Notes: generated by a model from the letters alone, not told the origin. A DNA stretch of 64,000 nt from Patescibacteria group bacterium (GCA_018816445.1 JAHIVO010000061.1:305-64304), one strand, 5' to 3'. Shown: positions 36,723 to 47,529, counted from the stretch's first letter. A program made the numbers and translations.

Positions 36723-38252
36723 ATGCCTTTTTTTCTCAGGGCCAGGAAACTAGATTTTTCCTCAGGCGGACAGCCATGGGTCGTAGTCCTGCAGGAAAAG
36801 GAAGCGCGCACTCTCGGCATAGTCATGGGCGACCTGATTGAGATACGCTGGGGACGCCAGCGGGCTATTGTTATTGCTTATTATACCCGTAAAAAGGTTA
36901 CCTCAGGTGAAGTCGGCTTGTTCAGGGAAATCTGGAAATACCGGCACGTTAAGAACGGGGAGGTTGTGTCTGTGAAAGTGCTGTCCCGGCCGCCTTCCAT
37001 TGAAGCTATCACAAAAAAACTATTGGGCGAGGAATTGTCATATAATGAGATGCGGTCAATAATCAGCGATATTGTCCATCATAAGCTGAGCAAAGTTGAA
37101 ATCACATATTTTGTGGCCTCCAGTTTTTCCAAAGAGTTTACAGACCAGGAACTGTATTACATGACCAAAGCTATGGCAGAAACCGGCGAGATGCTTCATT
37201 TACCCAGTAAGGTAGTGGCGGATAAGCATTCTGTCGGCGGCGTGGCCGGTAACAGAACAACCATGGTGGTTATCCCGATAGTTGCTTCATACGGCGTGGT
37301 AATTCCTAAAACCTCTTCTCGGGCTATCACCTCACCGGCTGGTACAGCTGATACCATGGAAGTATTAGCTCCTGTTTCATTGCGGTTCAGCAAAGTTAAG
37401 GAGATTATCAAGAAAATTAATTGTTGTATGATCTGGGGCGGAAGCGTGAGGATGGCCCCGGCTGATGATTATATTATTCGCGTCCAGCGTTCATTAGCGC
37501 TGGAGCCGCTGGATAAAATGGTAGTCAGCATTATGGCTAAGAAAGTGGCCATGGGCGTTACCCACCTGGTGGTTGATATGCCTTATGGCACGAATATAAA
37601 AATTAAAAGCCTTCAGGACGCCTTAGAGGTAAAAAGGAAGTTTGAATATTTGGCCAAGCGTTTTGGCATAAAAATTGAGGTAGTCATGGCTGATACCAAG
37701 GAGCCGGTAGGCCGCGGCATAGGGCCATCTTTGGAAGCGCGGGACGTACTTCGTGTTTTACAGCGTAAGGATTACCGGCCTTCAGATTTAGAGAAAAAAA
37801 GCATTAAATTAGCCGGCCGCTTGCTGGAGTTGTGCGGCCGGGCGCGCAAAGGCAAAGGCCATATGATGGCTTCCGAGGCCCTGACTTCAGGCCAGGCCTG
37901 GAAAAAAATGCAGCAGATTATTAAAGCACAAGGCGGCAACTCCACCGTAGACTCAGAAGACTTGACCATGGCCGCGGTCAGGCATCGTTTTCATGCGCCT
38001 TACAGCGGTAAGGTGGTGGTAGTAAATGATAAGATGGTTGACCAGGTAGCCCGTATTTTGGGTGCGCCGCATGAGAAATTAGCCGGTATTTACATTAACA
38101 AGAGATACGGCCAAAAAGTACGGAAAGGTGAGAGGCTGTATACTTTGTATGCAAAAAATAATGACAGGATTAAACTTGCCCTGGAAGCCTTAAAGCTGAA
38201 AAAAATATTTGAAATCAAGAGGATGAATATCCGCGAAAGCAAAAAGGGGTAA
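36723..38252 (+). CDS. AMP phosphorylase (long thymidine phosphorylase family)
   Basis: N-terminal extension, DKHSVGGVAGNRTT, PKTSSRAITSPAGTADTME, GIGPSLEARD. Confidence 0.92.
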   Translation: MPFFLRARKLDFSSGGQPWVVVLQEKEARTLGIVMGDLIEIRWGRQRAIVIAYYTRKKVTSGEVGLFREIWKYRHVKNGEVVSVKVLSRPPSIEAITKKLLGEELSYNEMRSIISDIVHHKLSKVEITYFVASSFSKEFTDQELYYMTKAMAETGEMLHLPSKVVADKHSVGGVAGNRTTMVVIPIVASYGVVIPKTSSRAITSPAGTADTMEVLAPVSLRFSKVKEIIKKINCCMIWGGSVRMAPADDYIIRVQRSLALEPLDKMVVSIMAKKVAMGVTHLVVDMPYGTNIKIKSLQDALEVKRKFEYLAKRFGIKIEVVMADTKEPVGRGIGPSLEARDVLRVLQRKDYRPSDLEKKSIKLAGRLLELCGRARKGKGHMMASEALTSGQAWKKMQQIIKAQGGNSTVDSEDLTMAAVRHRFHAPYSGKVVVVNDKMVDQVARILGAPHEKLAGIYINKRYGQKVRKGERLYTLYAKNNDRIKLALEALKLKKIFEIKRMNIRESKKG

Positions 38253-38369
38253 TTAATAAAAAAATCAGCCAGTTTAATAATGGCTAGTTTTGTGTTGGCT
38301 TTGAGTGGCGCTGGGTTAGTCTGGGAGATTATCCAGGGCTGAAGCAAGCTCTGAGGTACATAGGCATTT

Positions 38370-38567
38370 TTAATCAGCTTCCCCGGCGAATCTAACGATG
38401 TAGAATGGGCCTTGTTCAGAAGAACTGGGATTACTGGCAAGAGTTGCCCTATTTGAAATAGCGAACGTCATAACCTCAGTAAATGACGGTTTTTCGCCGT
38501 CTCCCAGTTGCACGCAATTTATGGCGCCGATTTCAGTATGATTACCCTTGGCTGGTATAGCCAGCAT
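38370..38567 (-). CDS. Small hypothetical protein
   Basis: AAGGAGG RBS before the ATG. Confidence 0.5.
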   Translation of the reverse strand: MLAIPAKGNHTEIGAINCVQLGDGEKPSFTEVMTFAISNRATLASNPSSSEQGPFYIVRFAGEAD

Positions 38568-38689
38568 ATCTGCCTCCTTGAATATGGTAATAATTTACGA
38601 TTTTTATTATTAGGGAAGTATAGGTAAATATAAGGGATGTGTCAAGACTAGTAATTGATTTTCATTAGTAATATGTGTAAAATTTAAAT

Positions 38690-39448
38690 ATGAAGGTAGT
38701 TAAAAAAACCATAAATATATTGCTAGTACTTAGTATTATTGTATTTGCAGCTACCTTTTTTTTGCGCCATAGCTTGCCGGCTGTAGAAGCGATAATGCCC
38801 GAGGTTTATATTGCGCCGCAACAGGAGCAGGTTCAAGAAAACGTTGTGTCTATTGAAAAGGACGGTTTTGTGGCAGTGGTTACAAAAAAGTATAAGTATA
38901 ATTTAAGCGGCCTGGTGGTTTCCCAGCATAATTCTAATGTTTGGTATGATTATTATCACAAGTCAGATCCATTCAACACTAAAGATTTATGCGTTACCTG
39001 GGGGGATAATATTACGAATGGCAGCTACCTGAATGGTAAATACAAAAGCGGGGACTTTACATGTTATTGGGATTTTAAAACCTGGGAGGATTATGAAGAG
39101 CTTGACGATTACCAGATTGCCAACAACCATTTAATTCCGGCTAATGACGAGATTGAAAAGAAAATTAAGAGCGTTAAAATTGGCGACCAAATTTCCTTTT
39201 CCGGTTATTTAAGCAATTATTCCACCACTACGGCTGATGGGCAGACATTAGGTACACGCGGCACCAGTATTACCAGGGAGGATACGGGTGATAATTCCTG
39301 CGAGGTGGTTTATGTTACGGATTTTAATGTTTTAAAAAAAAATACTAACATTTTCGTTTTAGCTTACCAGTATTCAATATATTTGGTGGCAGGTTTTTTA
39401 ATTTTCAGGATAGCGCTGTTTTTCACCGGGGGAGTGAGATGGAACTAA
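38690..39448 (+). CDS. Hypothetical membrane-anchored protein
   Basis: Terminal TM helices; DLCVTWG, ANNHLIP, TREDTG..SCE motifs. Confidence 0.7.
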   Translation: MKVVKKTINILLVLSIIVFAATFFLRHSLPAVEAIMPEVYIAPQQEQVQENVVSIEKDGFVAVVTKKYKYNLSGLVVSQHNSNVWYDYYHKSDPFNTKDLCVTWGDNITNGSYLNGKYKSGDFTCYWDFKTWEDYEELDDYQIANNHLIPANDEIEKKIKSVKIGDQISFSGYLSNYSTTTADGQTLGTRGTSITREDTGDNSCEVVYVTDFNVLKKNTNIFVLAYQYSIYLVAGFLIFRIALFFTGGVRWN

Positions 39449-39575
39449 AAAAAGACCGAGAGAGTATTTTGTCCGTCTTTTTGAATACCATCGGTTAGAA
39501 TGCGTATTCTTGGATTTTCCCCTGGTTCGAGAATCAGAGGCGCGGTTTTGGTTTTCCTCTCTCGGTTAATTTGTG

Positions 39576-39782
39576 CTAGTCAGAGGAGTTGACACTACAA
39601 GGTTTATCATCGGGTACGATTCCGATGACTGTCTCACCTTCTTGACATCGTTTTGCAGCGTTTTGCATGCGCTCATCTTCAGTCTGGCCGGTTATCCCAT
39701 GGATTTCCCGTGTGCCACTGGTTTTACATCGGATTGTAGCAATAAATTTACCTACTCCGCCGCCACCATCTTCAATACCCAT
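39576..39782 (-). CDS. Small hypothetical protein
   Basis: AAGGAGG RBS before ATG 39782. Confidence 0.5.
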   Translation of the reverse strand: MGIEDGGGGVGKFIATIRCKTSGTREIHGITGQTEDERMQNAAKRCQEGETVIGIVPDDKPCSVNSSD

Positions 39783-39931
39783 TTTTTCCTCCTTTTGGTG
39801 CTTTTCTATTTTTAAATTTATCATAGATAATTTATTTTTACAACTTGGTTTTAAAAAAGTACCATTAGTATTATATTATTAGGTAGTAATCCGTTTTTCA
39901 ATTGACAAATAATTAGCATAGTAGTAAAATT

Positions 39932-39956
39932 CTTATTAAGAATCATTCCTAATAAG
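39932..39956. promoter_or_regulatory. Candidate Fur/PerR-family operator
   Basis: CTTATTAAGAAT-C-ATTCCTAATAAG just after TTGACA-17 nt-TAAAAT. Confidence 0.65.
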
Positions 39957-39965
39957 GATTTTAAT

Positions 39966-40517
39966 ATGGCTACAAAAATAGCTAAAATAAGCGAAAAACG
40001 TGATTATAGGCTGACAAAACAGCGATTGATTATCTTGGAACAGGTCCGTAAGAATTATGCGCATCCTACGGCTGATGTAATTTTTAATCAGGTTAAAAAA
40101 AGAATTTCTAGTATTAGCCTAGGAACGGTTTACCGCAATTTACGGTGGTTGGCCGAACACGGATTATTAAAGGAATTTATGATTGGTAAAGTGTCGCATT
40201 TTGAAGCGCGGGTGGACTCACACGTGCATTTTGTGTGTGAACAATGCCATGGCATTGAAGATTTAGAAGGCTATAAAGACAAAGGTTTAATCAAGCAGCT
40301 ACAGAGTTTAGCCAAGAAAAATAAGTTTATGATTCGATCAGAAAACTACGAGGTCAGAGGAATATGCAAAAAGTGCCGTAAGACCGCGTCGCCGAAAAAA
40401 CTGGTACCTGAATTATTTTGCATTGCTTGCGGGTCATTAAATGATGATCTTAAACAGGAGACACCGGTATGTCAGGCATGTTCGTTTAAGGTTAATTGTA
40501 ATTATATTAAGAAATGA
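39966..40517 (+). CDS. Fur family regulator (PerR-like) with extra Cys-rich tail
   Basis: HPTAD, TVYRNL, HVHFVCEQC, GICKKC; tail CIAC...CQAC....C. Confidence 0.9.
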   Translation: MATKIAKISEKRDYRLTKQRLIILEQVRKNYAHPTADVIFNQVKKRISSISLGTVYRNLRWLAEHGLLKEFMIGKVSHFEARVDSHVHFVCEQCHGIEDLEGYKDKGLIKQLQSLAKKNKFMIRSENYEVRGICKKCRKTASPKKLVPELFCIACGSLNDDLKQETPVCQACSFKVNCNYIKK

Positions 40518-40560
40518 CCAATAATCAATTTCCAATTATTCAATAACCAATATTTTAAAT

Positions 40561-41295
40561 ATGTCACAATTACAGATAAAAGACCTTCACGTATCAATTG
40601 AAGGAAAGAAAATATTAAAAGGCATTAACTTGAATATAAAGCCCGGGGAGATTCATACGCTTATGGGCCCCAACGGTTCTGGCAAGTCCACCTTAGCTTC
40701 TACGCTGATGGGGCATCCGAATTTCAGGATCACCAAGGGAACGATTTTACTGAACAAAAAAATGATAAATACCAAATCTCCGGATGACAGGGCGCAGTTA
40801 GGTTTGTTTTTATCATTTCAGTATCCAGTAGAAATTGCCGGGCTGTCATTTGAACATTTTTTACGCCAAGCCTATAACACGTTAAATTCTGATGCAATTT
40901 CTCCAATTGATTTTAGAAAACTTGTTGAACAGAAGATGAAATTACTGCGAATAAAAAAAGAATTCATGGAGAGATACTTAAATGAAGGATATTCCGGCGG
41001 AGAAAAGAAAAAGTCAGAAATTTTACAAATGGCTGTATTGCAACCCAAGGTGGCAATTCTTGACGAAACGGATTCCGGGCTTGACGTTGACGCACTAAAA
41101 GACGTGGCTCAGGGAATCAATAAAGTAAAAACGCCAGAGATGAGCATTTTACTGATTACGCATTATTATAGGATCCTAAAATATATAAAGCCAGATAAAG
41201 TACATATCATGGTGGATGGCCGGATTGTAAAATCAGGGGGTAGGGATTTGGCAACTCGGGTTGAGAACAATGGATATAATGGATTAACCGGTTAA
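40561..41295 (+). CDS. sufC: Fe-S assembly ATPase SufC
   Basis: GPNGSGKST, FQYPVEI, NEGYSGGEKKK, LDETDSGLD, ITHY. Confidence 0.97.
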   Translation: MSQLQIKDLHVSIEGKKILKGINLNIKPGEIHTLMGPNGSGKSTLASTLMGHPNFRITKGTILLNKKMINTKSPDDRAQLGLFLSFQYPVEIAGLSFEHFLRQAYNTLNSDAISPIDFRKLVEQKMKLLRIKKEFMERYLNEGYSGGEKKKSEILQMAVLQPKVAILDETDSGLDVDALKDVAQGINKVKTPEMSILLITHYYRILKYIKPDKVHIMVDGRIVKSGGRDLATRVENNGYNGLTG

Positions 41296-41301
41296 ACTCT
41301 A

Positions 41302-42699
41302 ATGCCCAGTCATCCAATTATAAATAAGTCTTTTACCAAGCAACGACCGGATAAGGTCAGTTATTTGTATAGGACAAAAAAAGGCTTAAATGAGCGTATT
41401 GTTAAGGAAATATCGCATATAAAGAATGAGCCAGACTGGATGCGTAATGTCCGTTTAAGGGCCTATCAGACTTTTAAAAAAAAGCCCATACTGAGCTGGG
41501 GGGCTGATTTGTCCGCTTTAGATCTGGACGATATTTATTATTATATGAAACCGACGGACAAGGTTGGACGAAAGTGGTCGGAAGTGCCGCAGAATATTCG
41601 TAAAACCTATGATAGACTAGGTATACCTGCTGCGGAAAAAAAATGGCTGGGCGGAGTCATGGCCCAGTATGAATCAGAAGCCGTGTACCACAGTATAAAA
41701 AATAAAATGTCCAACCTCGGCGTAATTTTTGAAGATATGGACACGGCTTTGAAAAAGTATCCGGATATAATTAAAAAATATTTCAGTACAGTAGTACCAG
41801 CTGGTGATAATAAATTTTCTGCCTTAAATACAGCGGTCTGGTCAGGCGGCAGTTTTCTGTATGTACCCGAGGGTGTGCATGTACAATTTCCTTTGCAATC
41901 GTATTTTAGGATAAATGCAGAAAAAGTTGGTCAGTTTGAGCGTACGCTTATCATTGCCGAGCCGGGTTCGTTTGTGCATTATATAGAAGGCTGCACTGCG
42001 CCGATCTATTCTACCAGCTCGTTGCACGCGGCAGTGGTTGAAATCATAGTCAAACCGGGCGCGCGGGTCAGATATACCACTGTTCAGAACTGGTCAAAAA
42101 ATGTGTTCAACCTGGTGAGCAAGCGGGCCTTTGTCTATGAGGAAGGAATTATGGAATGGGTAGACGGAAATCTGGGCAGCCAGGTGACTATGAAGTACCC
42201 GTCGATTTATTTGCTCGGCCGCAAAGCTAAAGGTGACGTGTTATCAATTGCCATGGCCAATAATGGCCAGCACCAAGACGTTGGTTCCAAGGCCATTCAC
42301 GGGGCGCCAGAAACCTCCTCGTCAATTATTTCAAAATCTGTTTCCAAGGGCTCAGGCCGAACTTCTTATCGTGGCCTTGTTAAAGTACCAAAATGCATGA
42401 AAGGCTGTAAGTCAAGCGTTGTTTGCGATGCCTTGCTGTTGAGTAGAAATTCCAGGTCAGATACTTATCCAACTATGGACATAGAAGAAGCTGATACGCA
42501 AATTAGCCATGAGGCCTCGGTTGGCAGGGTGGGCGAGGAGCAATTGTTTTATTTAATGAGCCGGGGGTTGTCTGAGCAAGAAGCCGTGTCCATGATTGTG
42601 TCGGGATTTATAGAACCAATTGCCAAAGAACTGCCCATGGAGTTTGCCGTAGAATTAAACCGTTTAATTGAATTAGAAATGGAAGGAAGCGTGGGTTAA
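41302..42699 (+). CDS. sufB: Fe-S assembly protein SufB
   Basis: GQFERTLII, EGCTAP, TMKYPS, HEASVG, LPMEFAVE. Confidence 0.97.
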   Translation: MPSHPIINKSFTKQRPDKVSYLYRTKKGLNERIVKEISHIKNEPDWMRNVRLRAYQTFKKKPILSWGADLSALDLDDIYYYMKPTDKVGRKWSEVPQNIRKTYDRLGIPAAEKKWLGGVMAQYESEAVYHSIKNKMSNLGVIFEDMDTALKKYPDIIKKYFSTVVPAGDNKFSALNTAVWSGGSFLYVPEGVHVQFPLQSYFRINAEKVGQFERTLIIAEPGSFVHYIEGCTAPIYSTSSLHAAVVEIIVKPGARVRYTTVQNWSKNVFNLVSKRAFVYEEGIMEWVDGNLGSQVTMKYPSIYLLGRKAKGDVLSIAMANNGQHQDVGSKAIHGAPETSSSIISKSVSKGSGRTSYRGLVKVPKCMKGCKSSVVCDALLLSRNSRSDTYPTMDIEEADTQISHEASVGRVGEEQLFYLMSRGLSEQEAVSMIVSGFIEPIAKELPMEFAVELNRLIELEMEGSVG

Positions 42700-42703
42700 A
42701 TAT

Positions 42704-43363
42704 ATGAAACCGATATTATTAAATAAAAACCAAGTATTAGAAATAGGCCAAAAAAAGGCTGAATTTGTGATAAATTCGGGCATAAAAGCAGTTTTAATTA
42801 TTAAAAAAAGTGGTAAATTTACAGTTAATATTAAAAAGGATGGCAATGTACAAGTGCTGTATTTTATTCGGCATCAGTCCGCGCTTGATAGTAAAGTAAT
42901 AATTAATCTTGAAGGTACAGGAGCCGAAGCCAGGGTATCCGGCGCTTTGCATGGTCATAGGAATGACAGACATCAGGTTAAAATTAATCTAAATCATAAT
43001 GTTAAACAAACTAAGGGATATATTCTTGTTAAAGGAGTGTATGAAGGCAAGTCACGCGGTAATATTAATGGATTAATAAAAATTGATAAAAAAGCGCAAC
43101 AGGTTGATTCATTATTTACTAATAATGTATTATTATTAGATCAAGCTATGGCTATTTCAAAGCCTCAGCTGGAAATTGAAGCCAATGATGTCAGAGCTTC
43201 CCATGGTTCCACGACCAGCCGCGTTGACCAAGAGCAATTGTTTTACCTTACCTCGCGGGGGATTAAAAAAAAGGTGGCAGAAAAAATGATCATTAGCGGA
43301 TTTTTGAATGAAGCCATAAGGCGTTTTCCCAGGAAAGTTTTACCATTAATTGTTAAAAAATGA
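42704..43363 (+). CDS. sufD: Fe-S assembly protein SufD (short)
   Basis: PQLEIEANDVRASHGST, LFYLTSRGI. Confidence 0.9.
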   Translation: MKPILLNKNQVLEIGQKKAEFVINSGIKAVLIIKKSGKFTVNIKKDGNVQVLYFIRHQSALDSKVIINLEGTGAEARVSGALHGHRNDRHQVKINLNHNVKQTKGYILVKGVYEGKSRGNINGLIKIDKKAQQVDSLFTNNVLLLDQAMAISKPQLEIEANDVRASHGSTTSRVDQEQLFYLTSRGIKKKVAEKMIISGFLNEAIRRFPRKVLPLIVKK

Positions 43364-43513
43364 CTAATCTAATATAGACAATATTAATTATATCTTTCGG
43401 CGGAGATAAATCTCCACCTACGCGGTTGAATGTAATCCCATTCGCTACGCGTAACTGGGGATTCATCCCTAGTTAATAATTAAATAAATTTTTCTATTAA
43501 TTATAGAAAAACA

Positions 43514-44017
43514 ATGCAAATAAATCGTTATAAACAAAAAAATAAATTATCCTGCGGGCCAGTGGTTTTAAAGATGACTCTATCTTATTGCAGCAAAAGT
43601 GTATCCGAAAGGGATATTATTAACGGGGTGGGTGGCTTAAAGAAATTCGGCGTAAGAACTGTAAAATTGGCGGAGTTTGCCAGGAAATTAGGATTTAAAG
43701 TTGCGTATTATTCATTTAATAGGCAATTAGCTGATAATAGAGCGGTTATAAAGAAGCCATCCATTAAAGATGTTAAAAAGTTTTTAAAGAGAAAGATTCC
43801 GGTAATTTTATCAGTAAATTCTAGGATCTTATATAACAATTTAAAGCAGAAAATCACCGGTCATTTTATCGTCATCACAAAGTATAAGAATGGAATTTTT
43901 TGGTATAATGATCCTAAGGATGGAAGACGACATTCAATTAAAGAAGACGATTTAATTTTTGCATGGCATAATAATATTTTGGATTCAAGCGGTTATTTAT
44001 TAATAATAGAAAAATGA
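43514..44017 (+). CDS. Peptidase C39-like (papain fold) protein
   Basis: YKQ....SCGP, GHFIVI, YNDP. Confidence 0.8.
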   Translation: MQINRYKQKNKLSCGPVVLKMTLSYCSKSVSERDIINGVGGLKKFGVRTVKLAEFARKLGFKVAYYSFNRQLADNRAVIKKPSIKDVKKFLKRKIPVILSVNSRILYNNLKQKITGHFIVITKYKNGIFWYNDPKDGRRHSIKEDDLIFAWHNNILDSSGYLLIIEK

Positions 44018-44844
44018 AAACAATTTTAGTGACAAGATCGTGGGATGATATAAAGATTAAAGAATTTACCAAGAGAATGATTGGCGCGGTTGATCATATA
44101 ATCGTATGTATCAACGTAAAAAAGGAGAATAAAGTTGATACAAGAGCGTTATTGCAGGAAATGAAGAATATGACAACTATTCCTATTGAACAGTGGGGAG
44201 CTTCTAATCCATTGAATATTGGCTTTACAGAGGCAATAAAAAGAAAGGCAGATTTTATTTTAGCAATATCGCCCGAAGTTAATCAGTTAAAGAAAGAGCA
44301 CATTGATGAAATGGAAAAGGAATTAAATAAAGATACAGAAAATAATTTAGTGATTGGTTATTCACTTAAAAGTGAATGGCCAAAAAAGAGGAAATGGCCT
44401 AAGGATTGTCGAAACAAAGACTTTTTTAAAAAAGATTTTATTAAAGGACATAGTTCAAATTCAAGTGAATTTGCCTATCGGATACCATGGAATACATGCG
44501 CCTTATGGAACGCTAAATTATTTAGAAAATATGTAATTACATTTAACACCATATGTGACGTGAATGAATTTGATGAAATACCAGTAAAGATTGGTAAATG
44601 TTATTATTGTACGCCTGTAGAAGGTATGGAGGACGGTTTAGCGATTATGCAGGCTTACGAAAGAAATTGCAAATTAAAGTGTTTTTTAATCAAAAGGCCA
44701 CAGGTTTGGGATAAGATGGAATTTGATGAGCATAAATTATTGGGTGATCAAAAAAAATTAAGCAGAAAACAAAAAGTATTAGAAGTTTATCGGAAAAAAT
44801 TTGATTTGGAGTTTCCTCCTGCCAGTAATGTGCTAATTATATGA
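44014..44844 (+). CDS. Hypothetical protein, possible GT-A glycosyltransferase-like fold
   Basis: LNIGFTEA...ADFIL, WNTCALW, GMED; assignment weak. Confidence 0.55.
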   Translation: MKTILVTRSWDDIKIKEFTKRMIGAVDHIIVCINVKKENKVDTRALLQEMKNMTTIPIEQWGASNPLNIGFTEAIKRKADFILAISPEVNQLKKEHIDEMEKELNKDTENNLVIGYSLKSEWPKKRKWPKDCRNKDFFKKDFIKGHSSNSSEFAYRIPWNTCALWNAKLFRKYVITFNTICDVNEFDEIPVKIGKCYYCTPVEGMEDGLAIMQAYERNCKLKCFLIKRPQVWDKMEFDEHKLLGDQKKLSRKQKVLEVYRKKFDLEFPPASNVLII

Positions 44845-46067
44845 AAGATATTTTAGGCAAACAAATAAAAAAAGATTTCCCAATTTTTAAGAACAATCCG
44901 GATTTAATTTTTCTGGATTCTGCGGCCAGCACCCAAAAACCCCAAGTGGTTATTGATGCGATAAAAGACTGTTATGAAAAATATTACGCTAATGTGCATC
45001 GCGGCCTGTATCAATTATCAGCAAAGTCTTCTGAAGCGTATGAAGGTGTACGTGACAAGGTGGTTAAGTTTATTAATGCCAGCAGTATTTCAGAAATTAT
45101 TTTTACCAAAAATACAACTGAAAGCATCAATCTAGTAGCTTATGCCTGGGGCCGGCAGAATATTGATAAGGGCGATGAGATAATTCTCACTGCCATGGAG
45201 CACCACGCCAATATTGTGCCTTGGCAGCAATTAGCCAAGGAAAAGAGTGCTGTTTTAAAATTCATTCCGGTTGATAAGGATTATCGATTAGGTATCAGCG
45301 AATTAAGCAAGCTGTTAACAAAAAAAACGAAGTTAGTTGCAGTAACTCATATGTCTAATGTGCTGGGGACGATAAATCCGGTTAAGGATATTATCAATAA
45401 AGCGAAAAGCTTTAATAAGGATATCAAGGTAATTGTTGACGGGGCGCAGTCTGTGCCACACTTTGCAGTTGATGTGCAGGATTTAAACGCTGATTTTTTT
45501 GCTTTTTCCTCGCATAAAATGGCAGGCCCTGGCGGAGTTGGTGTTTTGTATGCCAAGCAGGAATTATTGGAAAAAATGCCGCCTTTTTTAACCGGCGGCG
45601 ACATGATTACAGAGGTAACATTAAAACAGGCTACCTGGAATGAGCTGCCGTACAAATTTGAAGCAGGTACGCCGGCTATTGCTGAGGTTATTGGTCTGGG
45701 AGCGGCCATTGATTATTTGTATAAAGTAGGTTTGGATAAGGTTTTCCAGCATGAGGAAGAGCTGACTAAAATAGCTCTTAAGAAAGTTAGCGCAATTCCC
45801 GGTGTTGAGATATTCGGCCCTAAACAAGTTAAGGATCGGGGCGGGGCAGTAGCCTTTACAGTTAAGGATGTGCATCCGCATGATGTAGCTTCCATTTTGG
45901 ACAACCAGGGAGTGGCAGTCCGAGCTGGCAACCATTGTACCCAGCCTTTGCATGATAAGTTTGGCATACAGTCTACTGTGCGGGCCAGTTTTTATTTATA
46001 CAATCAGCCAGAGGATATTGATGCATTAGTTAAGGGCATTAATAAAGTAAAGGAGGTTTTTAAATAG
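44841..46067 (+). CDS. sufS: Cysteine desulfurase SufS
   Basis: LDSAASTQKP, EHHAN, DGAQ, SSHKM, RAGNHC. Confidence 0.97.
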   Translation: MKDILGKQIKKDFPIFKNNPDLIFLDSAASTQKPQVVIDAIKDCYEKYYANVHRGLYQLSAKSSEAYEGVRDKVVKFINASSISEIIFTKNTTESINLVAYAWGRQNIDKGDEIILTAMEHHANIVPWQQLAKEKSAVLKFIPVDKDYRLGISELSKLLTKKTKLVAVTHMSNVLGTINPVKDIINKAKSFNKDIKVIVDGAQSVPHFAVDVQDLNADFFAFSSHKMAGPGGVGVLYAKQELLEKMPPFLTGGDMITEVTLKQATWNELPYKFEAGTPAIAEVIGLGAAIDYLYKVGLDKVFQHEEELTKIALKKVSAIPGVEIFGPKQVKDRGGAVAFTVKDVHPHDVASILDNQGVAVRAGNHCTQPLHDKFGIQSTVRASFYLYNQPEDIDALVKGINKVKEVFK

Positions 46068-46069
46068 AA

Positions 46070-46378
46070 ATGCTAGTTTGGATTTTGATTTTTATAATCT
46101 GTGCAATAATCGGCTACGTAGTGGCTAAACTAACCTCAGGGCCAAGCGAAGGGGTAACTGGAAAATGGCCTTCGTTACGTTTTAGTATCGGAGAATATAC
46201 GATTTGGCTGCACCATTGGTTTTACTTGAGTATGGTAATAATAATTTTGATTTTTTTCAGAATTAGCTATGCCTGGCTTTATGGTCTTTTTTTTGGAGCA
46301 ATAATCCAAGGATTGGGATATAAAGATTTTTATTATTTATTTTTTAAAACTAAAAATTATCCATACAAAAAAATATGA
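46070..46378 (+). CDS. Hypothetical membrane protein
   Basis: Hydrophobic, LHHW motif, operonic spacing. Confidence 0.65.
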   Translation: MLVWILIFIICAIIGYVVAKLTSGPSEGVTGKWPSLRFSIGEYTIWLHHWFYLSMVIIILIFFRISYAWLYGLFFGAIIQGLGYKDFYYLFFKTKNYPYKKI

Positions 46379-46755
46379 GTTTAGATATGTATAGGGAAAT
46401 TATCCTTGACCATTACAAAAATCCCAGGAATTTTGGGGAGCTTAAAAAGCCAGATAAAAAAGCAGGCAAGAGCAACGCTGTCTGCGGCGATCATATTGAT
46501 ATTGCTTTGAAACTTGATAAGAGAGGTAAGATTGTTGATATCAAGTTTTCAGGTGCAGGTTGCAGTGTTTCCCGCGCTGGAGGCTCAATATTAACAGAGA
46601 TTGTAAAAGGGAGAACCGTTAATACAATAAAGAAATATACAGATAAGCAATTTATGGCTGACATGGACGTCCCGATAACGCCAGCCAGGAAAAGGTGTGC
46701 TTTGTTAGCTTTGGAAACATTACGCCAGGCTTTAGATATTCCCAAAAAAAAGTAA
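46375..46755 (+). CDS. sufU: SufU/NifU-N scaffold-like protein
   Basis: MYREIILDHYKNPRN, CGD, GCSVS, RKRCALL. Confidence 0.9.
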   Translation: MSLDMYREIILDHYKNPRNFGELKKPDKKAGKSNAVCGDHIDIALKLDKRGKIVDIKFSGAGCSVSRAGGSILTEIVKGRTVNTIKKYTDKQFMADMDVPITPARKRCALLALETLRQALDIPKKK

Positions 46756-46816
46756 TCCCGTTAGAAATCAATTAAAAAATAAAAACATTGCGATGATTAT
46801 AAATTTCTAACGGGAT
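46755..46816. repeat. Palindromic element with 14-bp arms
   Basis: ATCCCGTTAGAAAT-N34-ATTTCTAACGGGAT. Confidence 0.85.
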
Positions 46817-46875
46817 AAAATGCACGTTTTGCATTTATCAAAATATAAGCTTATACTAGATAAGCAAGATTTTTA

Positions 46876-47502
46876 ATGTTCAAATTTATGAAAAAACAGT
46901 ATCAAACTCCAGAACTTCCCTATAAGTATGATGCTCTTGAGCCTTATATTGATAAGGAAACAATGGCCATTCACCATGATAAACACCACGAAGCTTATAC
47001 AAAAAAACTAAACTCCACTTTAGAAAATAACCCAAAAATGTTTGACAAAACACCAGTAGAGTTATTAATGGACTTAAGCGCTATTCCAGAGTCTATACGC
47101 ACAGCAGTTAGAAATAACGGTGGCGGCCATGTTAACCATAATCTTTTTTGGGAAGTTATGGGTTCAGAAGCAGGCGGCCAGCCGCAAAGCGATTTACTGG
47201 CAGCTATTAAAAAGAATTTTGGCAGTTTTGAAGAATTCCAAGAGGAATTTGAACAGGCTGCTACCACTCAGTTTGGTTCAGGTTGGGCCTGGCTGACTCT
47301 AAGTGGCGGCAAGTTAATGGTAGAAAAAACTGCTAACCAGGATACGCCTTTATCAGAGGGTCGTACTCCATTGCTGGCGCTTGATGTATGGGAGCATGCT
47401 TATTACCTGAAATACCAGAACAAGCGCCCTGATTATATCAAAGCCTTTTGGCAGGTAGTGAATTGGGACGCAGTTAATGAAAAGTATCAGCAAGCTAAAT
47501 AA
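46876..47502 (+). CDS. sodA: Superoxide dismutase (Mn/Fe)
   Basis: [30 protein letters not shown]. Confidence 0.95.
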   Translation: MFKFMKKQYQTPELPYKYDALEPYIDKETMAIHHDKHHEAYTKKLNSTLENNPKMFDKTPVELLMDLSAIPESIRTAVRNNGGGHVNHNLFWEVMGSEAGGQPQSDLLAAIKKNFGSFEEFQEEFEQAATTQFGSGWAWLTLSGGKLMVEKTANQDTPLSEGRTPLLALDVWEHAYYLKYQNKRPDYIKAFWQVVNWDAVNEKYQQAK

Positions 47503-47529
47503 TTTTAAAATTAAATTTGGAACAAGTTT

